This document shows positions 18,692-28,651 of a stretch of 64,000 nt of DNA, piece by piece. Origin of the DNA: an uncultured Pseudomonadales bacterium. GTDB lineage: Bacteria; Patescibacteriota; Microgenomatia; UBA1400; PJMF01. The position numbers and the translations under genes are program-made. How positions within the stretch are numbered: position 1 is the first letter of the stretch; each line of letters begins with the position of its first letter. The stretch is taken from the NCBI GenBank assembly GCA_964607285.1, contig CAZSJW010000005.1, positions 9,349 to 73,348 on the forward strand, written 5' to 3'. The notes under the pieces were generated by a model. That model saw only the letters and a program-made list of their open reading frames with translations. It had not been told where the DNA came from and searched no databases.

Positions 18692-20272
18692 ATGCCTGCA
18701 CTCCCATCCCAGCGCGTGCTAGGGCACATTGCCTTATGGGCACTCATAGGGTACACCTGTCTTTTTTTTCTACAACAAACAAATTTGGTAACATCGGATT
18801 TAGGTAGACATATCACTAACGGCCGTGTGGCGACTGCAGCAATACAAACAGGTAACTGGCAGCAATTTACCCAACTGCTCACCACAAACTTCTATTCCTA
18901 CACCGAACCAAACTTTTCTACGCAAATGCACCATTGGCTGTTTGGGGTGCTGGCATCTGGAGTAGAACATACCTTCGGCTTTGCTGGTTTGACATTGCTC
19001 AACATGAGTGTGGTTGGGACAGCATTTGGACTGGTAGTGTGGCTGACTGCTAAACAGTTTGGCATACGAATTGCGGCAGCAGCTGGGTTGCTAGTACTCC
19101 CACTACTTGCCAGTCGAACCGAGGTCCGCCCTGAATCCTTCAGCTTACTTTTCTTAGCTCTGAGCATTTGGCTTATCGATCATGCTACTCAGGGAAAAAG
19201 CTTCATGCGACTTGCAGTACTGGGTGGAGGAACACTACTTATGCAAGCGCTGTGGGTCAACATACATATTTTTTTTGCCCTTGGTTTAGGCGTTTTTTTC
19301 CTCAGCTGGCTAGAGCACTGGTGGCTCAAGCGAGCTCCAAACCCTGGACTCACTGCACTAGTACTCGGCAGTATCCTTGGCACTTTTTTCACCCCCTTAG
19401 GACTAGCTGGTGTATTTGCTCCTTTCACTTTATTTCGCAACTATGGCTATCAGATAGCTGAGAATATGCCTCTGTGGTTCATGCTGGAGCGAATTGGCTC
19501 TCCGTTGTATTGGTACATTGCCAACCTGTTTATAGCAGTGCTACTAGCGTTAGTGGTTTTACACCAAAAAATATTGAGTACTAAACCTAAAATAGTGGTT
19601 TTAGCACTGATTGGTATATTGGGCACGACTGTGCTCAACCGCTTTGCAAATGTTGGCGCTCTGCTGCTTGTACCCGCTCTTAGCCTGCTACTTGCAGAGA
19701 TACCTGTACACAGGATTTGGCACAAACTTACCAACTCAACCTCAGGCTTGCTGCTCACTTCAACAGTAGCAACTAGCACGGTAATTGCTGCCATTTCTAC
19801 ACAGTTGTTCATACCCCAACTCGCAACAGTTGGTGTAGGGTTGCAACCTGATTCCCTACTAGCAGCTGAGTTTATTCGCACCCAACAATTACCTGGACCA
19901 ATGTTTAATAACTACGATATCGGTAGTTACCTAATTTATGCCCTCCCTCCAAACGAAAAAGTATTTGTAGATAATCGACCTGAAGCCTACTCAACAGAAT
20001 TTCTACAAAAAAGGCTAGTAGCAGCCCAAGAAGATGAAGAAGTATGGAAGGAACAACTATCACAGTACCAGTTCAACTCGATTATGTTTTATCGTCATGA
20101 TCAGACTCCTTGGGCGCAGCCATTCTTGATTCGCCGCATACAGGATGAGGACTGGGAACCAGTGCACGTAGATGCATATACTTTAGTGCTAGTGCGCAAC
20201 ACGCCAGAAACAGCCGAATTCATCCAACAGCACAAACTTCCTAAGAGTATGTTCAACACAGTGCCACAGTAA
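18692..20272 (+). CDS. polytopic membrane protein with a C-terminal soluble domain (possible GT-C-type glycosyltransferase)
   Basis: A 526-aa protein with ~12 predicted TM segments followed by a ~150-aa hydrophilic tail (PPNEKVFVDNRPEAYS...). That architecture is typical of GT-C/ArnT/PMT-like enzymes. No catalytic motif confirmed. Confidence 0.45.
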   Translation: MPALPSQRVLGHIALWALIGYTCLFFLQQTNLVTSDLGRHITNGRVATAAIQTGNWQQFTQLLTTNFYSYTEPNFSTQMHHWLFGVLASGVEHTFGFAGLTLLNMSVVGTAFGLVVWLTAKQFGIRIAAAAGLLVLPLLASRTEVRPESFSLLFLALSIWLIDHATQGKSFMRLAVLGGGTLLMQALWVNIHIFFALGLGVFFLSWLEHWWLKRAPNPGLTALVLGSILGTFFTPLGLAGVFAPFTLFRNYGYQIAENMPLWFMLERIGSPLYWYIANLFIAVLLALVVLHQKILSTKPKIVVLALIGILGTTVLNRFANVGALLLVPALSLLLAEIPVHRIWHKLTNSTSGLLLTSTVATSTVIAAISTQLFIPQLATVGVGLQPDSLLAAEFIRTQQLPGPMFNNYDIGSYLIYALPPNEKVFVDNRPEAYSTEFLQKRLVAAQEDEEVWKEQLSQYQFNSIMFYRHDQTPWAQPFLIRRIQDEDWEPVHVDAYTLVLVRNTPETAEFIQQHKLPKSMFNTVPQ

Positions 20273-20280
20273 AGCGAACA

Positions 20281-21963
20281 CTACCTCCTGTGGAACAAAG
20301 TCTCTAGCTGCTCTACTCTGAGCAGCACTTGCGTTGGTCTTCCATGTGGGCAGGTGAGTGCACCAGTTTCTCTGATTTTTTCCACCAACTCGCGCTTTTG
20401 CTCTTGGGTTAAGACCTCACCTGCTTTAATAGCAGTACGACACGCCAAATAGGAAAGTGTACGGTGCGTGGTTTGATCCAGCTGCGGTACACCCGTCTCT
20501 GCCGCTTCTGCTAGTTCTATGAAATAGTCATGCAAAGGGTACCCTTCAAGGAGTATCGGTATTTGTTTGACAACTACTGAATGCGTCTCAGGAACAAACT
20601 GTACGGAAAATCCCATGGCTTCTAAATCTGGCAATAATTCTTGAAGCACTTGCCAATGGAACAGTGAGAGTTGTATTGTTTCTGGAGGATGGCAGGTTTG
20701 TGACTCACTGTTCTCTCGTTCTAACTCTGTTTGTGCTTTCATCTGCGCATACAATATAGACTCATGAGCAGCGTGTTGATCTATTAGCAGCATTCCCTCC
20801 GAAGTTGGCACTACCAAATACGTTTTTGCAATCTGCTGAATGGATGAAAGATCAAGTTCTGCATGTACAGCAGGCATCCAAGGCTCTACTGTTTGTCTAA
20901 ACTGTGCTGCAAGCTCCTCGTTTATACCATATTTTTTCAGCACCCCAAAAGGCGTCTGGTGTATACCTGCACTGGCAGCACGCACCACCTCTTCGGCTGC
21001 TTGGCGAACTGCTTGTAATACAGCGTCAGTATGCATAAACCGTACTGTAGACTTAGTTGGATCAACATTTACATCAACTAATCCAGGATCAAGCTGAATA
21101 TCGAGTAAAAACACAGGGACCGCTTTGGGTTCAAGCAGCGTAGCGTAAGCAGCTTTGATAGTTTGCACGAGCTGTGGAAACTGCACGGGTCTTTTATTCA
21201 CAAAAATAAATTGATTGCGATACGCGCGCTCTGCGTGCTCAGGTGGTGCTAAATGCAATGTTGCCCGCAAATGCGGCTCTGCAATTTCCTGTGCTACGAT
21301 CACAGCCTTTTCTGGCAAGCCTATACATTCACGGAAGCGCAGTAATACATCTTGGTTCGGTGACACTGTTAGCGTGCGCTGCCCATTGTGTGTCACGCTA
21401 AAACTCACCTCGGGGTGCGCCAAACTCAAGTTCACAATAATCGCTATAATTGCGCGATACTCTGATTGGGCTTTTTTTAGAAATTTTTTCCGAGCTGGCA
21501 CGGTAGCGAATAGATCCTCGACCACTAGTTGAGTGCCAACTGGCATACCCAGTGGGCGCGCTGGTGTAGTAACACTACCATCTTGCACTGTCAGCTGAAA
21601 CCCATGCGCTGAGCCTGCAGCTCTGCTTGCAATTGTGACCCTAGCAACTGCAGCCATACTAGCCAAAGCCTCCCCGCGAAACCCAAAACTGTGTATTGCT
21701 TGCAAATCATCGACTGTAGCTATCTTGCTAGTGGTATGGGGTAGAAAACTTTGTTCTAAGTCTGCCAGCTCCATGCCGTGACCGTCATCCAATACTACAA
21801 TTTTTTCAATACCTCCAGCTTGCAATGAGATATCAATGGTTCTGGCTCCAGCGTCGAGGGCGTTTTCAATCAGTTCCTTAACCATCGCTGATGGACGGTC
21901 TACTACTTGGCCAGCTGCGATGCGTTGGATGACTTTATTGGAGAGTTGTTTGATTATTCCCAT
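20281..21963 (-). CDS. mutL: DNA mismatch repair protein MutL
   Basis: GHKL ATPase motifs (ELIENALDAGA, DDGHGM, GFRGEALASM) and a C-terminal dimerisation domain. Confidence 0.9.
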   Translation of the reverse strand: MGIIKQLSNKVIQRIAAGQVVDRPSAMVKELIENALDAGARTIDISLQAGGIEKIVVLDDGHGMELADLEQSFLPHTTSKIATVDDLQAIHSFGFRGEALASMAAVARVTIASRAAGSAHGFQLTVQDGSVTTPARPLGMPVGTQLVVEDLFATVPARKKFLKKAQSEYRAIIAIIVNLSLAHPEVSFSVTHNGQRTLTVSPNQDVLLRFRECIGLPEKAVIVAQEIAEPHLRATLHLAPPEHAERAYRNQFIFVNKRPVQFPQLVQTIKAAYATLLEPKAVPVFLLDIQLDPGLVDVNVDPTKSTVRFMHTDAVLQAVRQAAEEVVRAASAGIHQTPFGVLKKYGINEELAAQFRQTVEPWMPAVHAELDLSSIQQIAKTYLVVPTSEGMLLIDQHAAHESILYAQMKAQTELERENSESQTCHPPETIQLSLFHWQVLQELLPDLEAMGFSVQFVPETHSVVVKQIPILLEGYPLHDYFIELAEAAETGVPQLDQTTHRTLSYLACRTAIKAGEVLTQEQKRELVEKIRETGALTCPHGRPTQVLLRVEQLETLFHRR

Positions 21964-21977
21964 AGAAACTACTACCG

Positions 21978-22448
21978 TTAGAAACTTGCTTCGTGTAACT
22001 CTAGTTTAATTACTTTTAAGTTGGTATCAAAAGTAAACATACCTATAATTTTGTGCCCATTCAAAATGGCTGGCAACCAAAATTGAGCATCATCCCACAT
22101 GTGCTGCAACGGCAACTCACTGATACTAAACCATTCGGGCCTGATTTCCTCAGTTTCCTGTGGAATATTCTGCCATTTTTTAGTTAGATACACATGAACC
22201 TGTTGACTCCATGTTGGCTTTTCGGGAAAGTAAAAATTCAGATCTGCCACTTTTTCTAATTCTAAATCCTCTACCACTATTTCCTCTTTTACTTCTCTGG
22301 TCGCTGCTTGCTCAATTGTTTCATTTTCTTCGACTTTCCCACCAATTCCCAAGTACTTTCCACTGCCAAACCCTGTCTTTTTGTACCCTAGCAGAACTTG
22401 CCGACCATCAATAAGGAATGTCACTGTGCTCTGACTAAGATTTTGCAT
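21978..22448 (-). CDS. Nudix hydrolase (MutT-like)
   Basis: Nudix box GGKVEENETIEQAATREVKEEIVV. The track starts at 22475, abutting the mutS stop. Met 10 at 22448 is an alternative start. Confidence 0.7.
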   Translation of the reverse strand: MQNLSQSTVTFLIDGRQVLLGYKKTGFGSGKYLGIGGKVEENETIEQAATREVKEEIVVEDLELEKVADLNFYFPEKPTWSQQVHVYLTKKWQNIPQETEEIRPEWFSISELPLQHMWDDAQFWLPAILNGHKIIGMFTFDTNLKVIKLELHEASF

Positions 22449-22471
22449 ATCAAGCCCATTGTAACAAAAAT

Positions 22472-24931
22472 TCAAACCTTCACGTTCCGTGTCTCCATCT
22501 CCCGCAGCAGCTCTTCCGCCCGCTCCGTCACGCCCTTTGGCACTCCCGCCAACCGCGCCACTGCTACCCCATAACTATGTGATGCAGCACCCTCAGTCAG
22601 AGTATGCAAAAACACAGGCTCACCGTTATGCTCTGCTACAGCCAGGTGGTAATTGCGAATCGCTTTGGGAAACTCACTTTCCAACTGCTGCAGCTCATGG
22701 TAGTGGGTAGCAAACAAAGTTTTACTATGCCGCTGAGTCAAATGTTCTGCCACAGCCCAAGCAATGCTAATGCCATCGTATGTACTTGTACCTCGACCGA
22801 TCTCATCTAAAATAACCAAACTGCGCTCAGTAGCATGCTGCAAAATAAACGCGGTTTCCACCATCTCCACCATAAATGTAGAAAGTCCACCTGCAATTGC
22901 ATCAGACGCACCACTACGGACAAATATTCTATCTACTAAACTGATCTCAGCTGTCTGCGCAGGCACAAAACACCCAATGTGTGCCAACAACACTACCACA
23001 GCCACTTGCCGCATATACACCGATTTGCCAGCCATGTTTGGACCCGTCAGTACAAGCAGTTGATGATCAGATTGATTGAGGAGGGTATCATTTGGCACAA
23101 AAAGCGTATCGCCCAACGCTTGTTCCACCACTGGGTGCCGCCCTGCCTTGATGCCAATACTACCATCTGTTGTAAACTGCGGTCGCACTAGCCGCTGCTC
23201 CACAGCCAGGTGCGCAAACGCCGCAATGCAGTCTAGCCAACTGAGGGCTGCAGCCAACTGCAACAGTGGTTGGCGATGAGCGAGCACCTGTTCAACAAGC
23301 TCAACAAATAGTTGGTACTCTAACTCCTGAGCTTTTTCTTGGGCAGTAAGAATGATTACTTCTTTCTCTTTTAATTCTGGGGTGATGAAACGTTCAGCGT
23401 TTACTAATGTCTGCTTCCGCTCATACTCGGGTGGTACTGCTGCCAACTGTCCACGACTGATTTCAATATAGTAACCAAACACCTTGTTGTATCTTACTTT
23501 TAATGTCCCTATGCCTGTTCGTTCACGCTCCTGAGTTTCTAGGTTCTTCACCCAAGCTTTGCTGCCGCCAAGCATAGAGCGCAGTTCGTCTAGCTCAGCT
23601 GAATAGCCATCTGAAAACATCTTCCCACCCCGAATGTCCGCTGATGGGTCTGGTAGTAGCTGTTCATCAATCACTGTAGCAATCACAGAACAATCACGCA
23701 GTAGTGCTGAAAAATTTACAAGAAACTCACTTTGTTCAGCTGCTGCCAATAGCTCATCAATACGCTGGGCTGCAACTACTGACTGTGACATCGCCACTAA
23801 GTCTCGTGCCGTGCCCAACCCAACTGAAAGCCGAGAAACAATACGCTCAATATCACCAACACTCCGAAGATCTTCTCTTAGTCTGATGCGCAAACTTTTT
23901 TCTTGCACTAACCGCTCTACAGCTGCCAGTCGCTCCTCAATTGGCAGTAACTCAGCCAATGGCTGCCGTAGCCAGGTACGCAGTAATCTACCCCCACCAG
24001 CAGTTTTAGTGTGCGCCAAAAACTGCAACAACGTACCGTCCTGCCCACGGCCACGTACACTCTGGAACACTTCTAAGTTCGCAACAGTTGCCTGATCTAG
24101 AGCCACAAACGCCTCGGGAGCATACGTCCGCAACTCCCAACACTGTGGAACTTCCGCTTGCTGCGTATACTTGAGGTATCCAAGCAATGCACTTGCGGCC
24201 TTGTGTGCCACAGAGCCAGTAGTTATCCCAAATCCTGCCAAGGCTTGCACCCCGAACTGCCGCTCCACATGCTTAGCACTTGGTCTTGCATCACGATCCC
24301 AATCTGGATAGTGATACACCATAAGTCCAGTATGCCTGCGCAATACTGCCAGTAATTCTGGTCTCTCATAATGAGCCGTGTTTACTATACACTCAGCGGG
24401 ATTAAACCTTAGTAGCTCAGGCTCCAATGCTACCGCTAGAGACTCCCCGAGTGGTAACTCAGCAACTTGAAAGTCTCCAGTAGAGATGTCTGCCCAGGCA
24501 ACCCCCACCCTGTTCTTGTGTTCAAACAGGCTCAGCACATATCGGTTTTCTGTAGCACGCACTGCTTGTTCTGAAAGTTGTGTTCCTGGTGTGATAATCC
24601 GCACCACTGCCCGATCCACTAAACCTTTGGCGGAAGGATCACTAACTTGTTCACAAATAGCCACTTTATGGCCAGCACGCACCAGTTTAGCAATGTACCC
24701 GTCAGCTGCATGAAACGGCACACCTGCCATTGGAATGTCCCCATCCCCCCCTCTTGGGCGAGCCGTAAGAGTTATGTTCAGAATTTCTGCCCCTAACAGG
24801 GCATCATCCAGAAACAATTCGTAAAAATCTCCTAAGCGAAAGAATAGTAAACAGTCAGGATACTCAGCCTTGATACGCAAGTACTGTTGCATCATGGGGG
24901 TAGAAAACTCGCGCTCTGATCCACTAGACAT
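22472..24931 (-). CDS. mutS: DNA mismatch repair protein MutS
   Basis: An 819-aa protein with the N-terminal mismatch-binding motif GDFYELF, Walker A GPNMAGKSVYMRQVA and the ABC signature/TH motif (STFMVEM, LILDEIGRGTSTYDG). Confidence 0.9.
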   Translation of the reverse strand: MSSGSEREFSTPMMQQYLRIKAEYPDCLLFFRLGDFYELFLDDALLGAEILNITLTARPRGGDGDIPMAGVPFHAADGYIAKLVRAGHKVAICEQVSDPSAKGLVDRAVVRIITPGTQLSEQAVRATENRYVLSLFEHKNRVGVAWADISTGDFQVAELPLGESLAVALEPELLRFNPAECIVNTAHYERPELLAVLRRHTGLMVYHYPDWDRDARPSAKHVERQFGVQALAGFGITTGSVAHKAASALLGYLKYTQQAEVPQCWELRTYAPEAFVALDQATVANLEVFQSVRGRGQDGTLLQFLAHTKTAGGGRLLRTWLRQPLAELLPIEERLAAVERLVQEKSLRIRLREDLRSVGDIERIVSRLSVGLGTARDLVAMSQSVVAAQRIDELLAAAEQSEFLVNFSALLRDCSVIATVIDEQLLPDPSADIRGGKMFSDGYSAELDELRSMLGGSKAWVKNLETQERERTGIGTLKVRYNKVFGYYIEISRGQLAAVPPEYERKQTLVNAERFITPELKEKEVIILTAQEKAQELEYQLFVELVEQVLAHRQPLLQLAAALSWLDCIAAFAHLAVEQRLVRPQFTTDGSIGIKAGRHPVVEQALGDTLFVPNDTLLNQSDHQLLVLTGPNMAGKSVYMRQVAVVVLLAHIGCFVPAQTAEISLVDRIFVRSGASDAIAGGLSTFMVEMVETAFILQHATERSLVILDEIGRGTSTYDGISIAWAVAEHLTQRHSKTLFATHYHELQQLESEFPKAIRNYHLAVAEHNGEPVFLHTLTEGAASHSYGVAVARLAGVPKGVTERAEELLREMETRNVKV

Positions 24932-24983
24932 AGGTATTCACTATAGCAAACTGGTTAAAGTTGTCACGATCAAACTGCACTGC

Positions 24984-27401
24984 TCAATTCGGCACTGAGA
25001 CCCTTTGTTTGGATTCAACAATATCTCGCCTGGCACGAAATAAATTGAGTGCAAATAAATGGAACAAGAGTCCTTTGTAAGATGCTTGAACATCAGAAGC
25101 TGTCTCTTCTTGATCTAAAACAGCACCTTCATATCCTGTTAGGGTAAAGAAATTGTCAACTGAAATTTTTAGCAACGTAACTCCACCTCGAGCAGTTGCT
25201 GTTGCCGTTCTCACCCCAAGTCCTAACAAAGCTGCGTCCCCAAAACACCATCTTTTTCCAACTCCACGCTTGCAAATGGATTTCCAGTAAAAGAGTCGAG
25301 CACAACTGGTGGGCCTTCCCCAATACTATCAAGCACAATATATACACTATTGTTCTTATCGCCCACTGCAAAAAGAACTGTTTGCTCGGTTACTTCAATC
25401 CGCTCATAGGGAATAGACTTACTATCCAACGCCTGAAGGACAGTGTTTCCATCGTCGGGCACGAACCACTGATGCATGGAATTTTTTCTGGATTAGCTAT
25501 CTCTGCCGCAATCTCTTTACTAACTCTTGCTTGCCCACTTTTTCCTGGGCTTCTATCTCTGACAGTCGCTATAAACTCAAATGGAAAGTATCGCAGGAAG
25601 TACTCAGCCAGATACTGCAAAAGGGTAGCTGTATCTGTAGCCGTTTTAAGCTCAAGGAGAAAATTGTTTTGAGAATTGGATTTTGCAACACACTGCGAAT
25701 ACCTTCCCCACTGAGCTTGTACACGGTAACATCATCTATCGCACTTACGTCTGCAGTGCGAGGAATACCTAGTAAAACTAGGATCTCTCCTACACTCAGA
25801 GAGTATGGTCGTACTAACTTTTTTTGCGATCCCCCTTCCTCTGTAAACCTAATTTCCAGCAGACCTTGCTTAGAATGTCCAGGCTCTGAAGGCGGAATGA
25901 TCTACAGAGCATCTTCAGAATCATCACCTTGCGAAATTAGTGTAGTGCCAGCCAAGATATGCTCTTTTGTTATACCTAAGGCCTTACTTAACCGAAGCAG
26001 TACATCCATCAGTGCACGCCCCGTAGCATTACTGTCATAAATATCTTCAGCAGAACGTCGGTACTCTATACCAGCTGAGCTTGCCCAGTTAAAAATTAAC
26101 AGCTCACACTTAGCGCAATACTTACCCCAAACAGAAGGGTTAAAACGTAGTGACTCAGATTGATCTGGATACGTAAGCAGTGAGGTAGTGCTAGGGGAAT
26201 CTAGTGTGTACAGGGGATCTGTGCGAAGTCGTTCTGCTTGCTGCAAGAGTGCGAGCACGCTGACAGAAATTGATTCTTCACCGTACTTTCTGATAAAAGA
26301 CATAAAGATCGTTTCTGGTGGATAACTAGCGTGCAGCAACAAATGGGTCAAGTGTTGTTGTGCTTCTCTTTGATTTCTTTCTGGTATGCCTGCAAACGCT
26401 TTTGCTAAACCTATACGTATAGCAGTTTTTGACACCCGTTTTGCTCTAGAAACCCAGTCTTCTTTACCTCGCGTCTCAGCATTATATGTATCTGATCGAA
26501 CAAAAGAAGAAAAAACAAGTGCATCCAATCTATAGAATCACCACGCTCTAAAACAATTCTCTCAGCAATCTCAGTCGGACACACCTGAACCTGTGTCCAT
26601 TCTCTCAACCACAATGTTTTTCTGACCAATTTTTCTACTTCCCTAACTGAATGAGAGAGCATTCGCATACTCATGTATGTATACAGAGCAACTAGCCCAG
26701 AATGTTCTATCCTTTGTGAGGATACCTCCAAAGTTGGGTCTATAGACTCCATGACAGTTATAGCACCATCCTCACCGACAACACCGTTTAAATACTCATA
26801 CAATCGCTGGAAGTGTACCTCAATCGGCCTATGCTGATTTACGCGCTCATCGATGGTCTTTAAAAGATGCTTAGAAATTGCTTTCTATCTCCGTTTGAGA
26901 GTGTTCCCACATAGATACAACGCATATCAAAATCAGATATTGTATCACCTGGGGTGGGTGATTGATTACCATACTCAGTAAAAAAAAGTACTTGGGGAAA
27001 TTGCTGTGAATCACACAACTCACGTGTGATACTTGCCATTGCCTGGCGTTCAGAACTCACAAAAGGATCCATAGGACGTTCACCTATTGCTTGCTTGTTG
27101 GATCGAACAATAAATCCTGGATCATCAGGATCTGAAATGTTTCTCCCCTCACGCTGTATCGCTTGTTTAAAATGGTGTATCTCTTGATCGACTAATCTAG
27201 ATGTTGATCTTCGATTAACTGATCGCAATGGATCTGCGAACGACTTTTGTCCATCATACTGAGCAACAAACTTTTTTTTCGCCCCCTGGGGGGGGCCTCT
27301 TTCCATTTCCTGAGTACTGCAATCAGCTCTTGCTCTGTCAATTGCGCCGCAGGTAATTCAGTATCAGGTAGTTGTGATTTTTCAATGGCATTAACTATCA
27401 A
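24984..27401 (-). pseudogene. decayed ~800-codon multi-domain gene; the C-terminal half encodes two tandem cyclic-nucleotide-binding domains, the N-terminal half is of unknown function
   Basis: Six or more partly overlapping minus-strand ORFs tile 2.4 kb contiguously, each in a different frame. They start at 27401, 27306, 26803, 26528, 25620 and 25477, with an unlisted segment at 25900-25620. The minus-strand translation across 25900-25620 reads ...LAGTTLISQGDDSEDAL*IIPPSEPG...SVGEILVLLGIPRTADVSAIDDVTVYKLSGEGIRSVLQNP, a cNMP-binding domain with an in-frame TAG at the position where the conserved Tyr of GDxGDxxYIIxxG is expected. A second cNMP-binding domain (VLFAVGDKNNSVYIVLDSIGEG...GLGVRTATATARGGVTLLKISVDNF) is split by a frameshift near 25225. 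Confidence 0.55.
27272..27296. repeat. homopolymer cluster T8-CG-C5-T-G8 inside the frame-overlap zone of the decayed gene
   Basis: The plus strand reads cttttttttcgccccctggggggggcc. It encodes the GPPQGAKKK stretch of one fragment and lies where two fragment frames overlap (27192-27306). Confidence 0.6.
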
Positions 27402-27512
27402 TACAGATCACTGCTGGTTTCTGAAGTTGGCTTAGATAGCCAGAGCTAAAATCTGTCTAGCAAGTATAATAAAGATTAGACTCCGTGCACGACACCCACT
27501 GAGTATGTACTT

Positions 27513-27797
27513 TTACTCTTGCCCCTGATTGACATTTACGTCAACTTCATCTGGAATATCGATGTTTGGATCGGGTACATTAATCTCTTGTGTAGCATTT
27601 CCACCTTCACCACCAATTGGTGCATCAGTTTCATCCATACTTGGCCCTGTAGACTGACCATTTGGCTTTGTAACGGGAGTGGTTACTCTGTCAATCTCTC
27701 CCATTCCAACCACTACTAGTGCTACAAGCACTACAACTACTACCAGAATACCAACTACCATACCTGTTCCCATTCCAGACTGTGACTCATCTTTCAT
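27513..27797 (-). CDS. small membrane-anchored protein with an acidic/Pro-rich tail
   Basis: A 94-aa protein with one strongly hydrophobic segment (VVGILVVVVVLVALVVVG) followed by a D/E/P-rich tail. It is transcribed divergently from the two-component system. Confidence 0.4.
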   Translation of the reverse strand: MKDESQSGMGTGMVVGILVVVVVLVALVVVGMGEIDRVTTPVTKPNGQSTGPSMDETDAPIGGEGGNATQEINVPDPNIDIPDEVDVNVNQGQE

Positions 27798-27961
27798 AAA
27801 GACTCCTTACAATGTAATACTACGAGAAGTTAAGCAAATTACTTTGTCTAGATGTTGAAAGCTAGGTAAGAGTTGCGTGAGAAGTTGTTCAGTATGTCGC
27901 TATCAAGTCAGGTATTAAACTTCAGCAGTTTTTCAGAATCGCTAAGCTATACTATCTGAGT

Positions 27962-28645
27962 ATGCGCATCCTGGTTGTCGAAGACGAACATCGCATCGCG
28001 GCCGCACTCAAAAAAGGTTTTGAACTTGAACAGTTCGCAGTCGATGTAGCTCACACTGGTGCTGAAGGCTATGATTTAGCAACTTCGGAAAATTATGATG
28101 CTATATTGCTAGACCTGATGCTTCCAGAAATGGATGGCGTCACCATTTGCAAAAAACTGAGAGAAAAACGCATTCATACTCCTATACTCATTTTAACAGC
28201 TAGAGGACAGCTGGAAGACAAAATCTTAGGTTTAAACACTGGTGCTGACGATTACGTAACTAAACCATTTTCATTTGAAGAGTTACTTGCCCGAGTACGA
28301 GCACTGCTACGAAGACCACCGCAAACCCAAACTACTGTACTTAGCTTAGCAGATTTAGTCCTAAATCCTCAAGATTTTACGGTAAGCAGAGGTGACACAG
28401 CTATTAGCTTGTCCAGTAAGGAATTTGCTTTACTTGAATACCTGCTACGGCACAAAAACACTATACTCAGCAAGCAGCAACTCATAGACCATGTTTGGGA
28501 CTACGATGCTGATATTTTGCCAAATACTGTAGAGGTCTATATCAAAAATTTACGTACCAAGATTGATGCGCCGTTCCCAAATTCACCTTCACTACTACAG
28601 ACAGTACGTGGTTTTGGCTACAAGTTAGCGAAGGAGAAAGTCTAG
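27962..28645 (+). CDS. OmpR-family two-component response regulator
   Basis: Receiver domain (MRILVVEDE...LDLMLPEMDG...KPF) plus a C-terminal winged-helix trans_reg_C domain. Confidence 0.9.
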   Translation: MRILVVEDEHRIAAALKKGFELEQFAVDVAHTGAEGYDLATSENYDAILLDLMLPEMDGVTICKKLREKRIHTPILILTARGQLEDKILGLNTGADDYVTKPFSFEELLARVRALLRRPPQTQTTVLSLADLVLNPQDFTVSRGDTAISLSSKEFALLEYLLRHKNTILSKQQLIDHVWDYDADILPNTVEVYIKNLRTKIDAPFPNSPSLLQTVRGFGYKLAKEKV

Positions 28646-28651
28646 GAACCT

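Noticed and set aside
27798-27961. A sigma-70 promoter for the two-component operon (TATACT at ~27948)
   Set aside because: A -10-like hexamer is present very close to the ATG, but I could not pair it with a -35 element at a credible 16-18-nt spacing. It is left uncalled.
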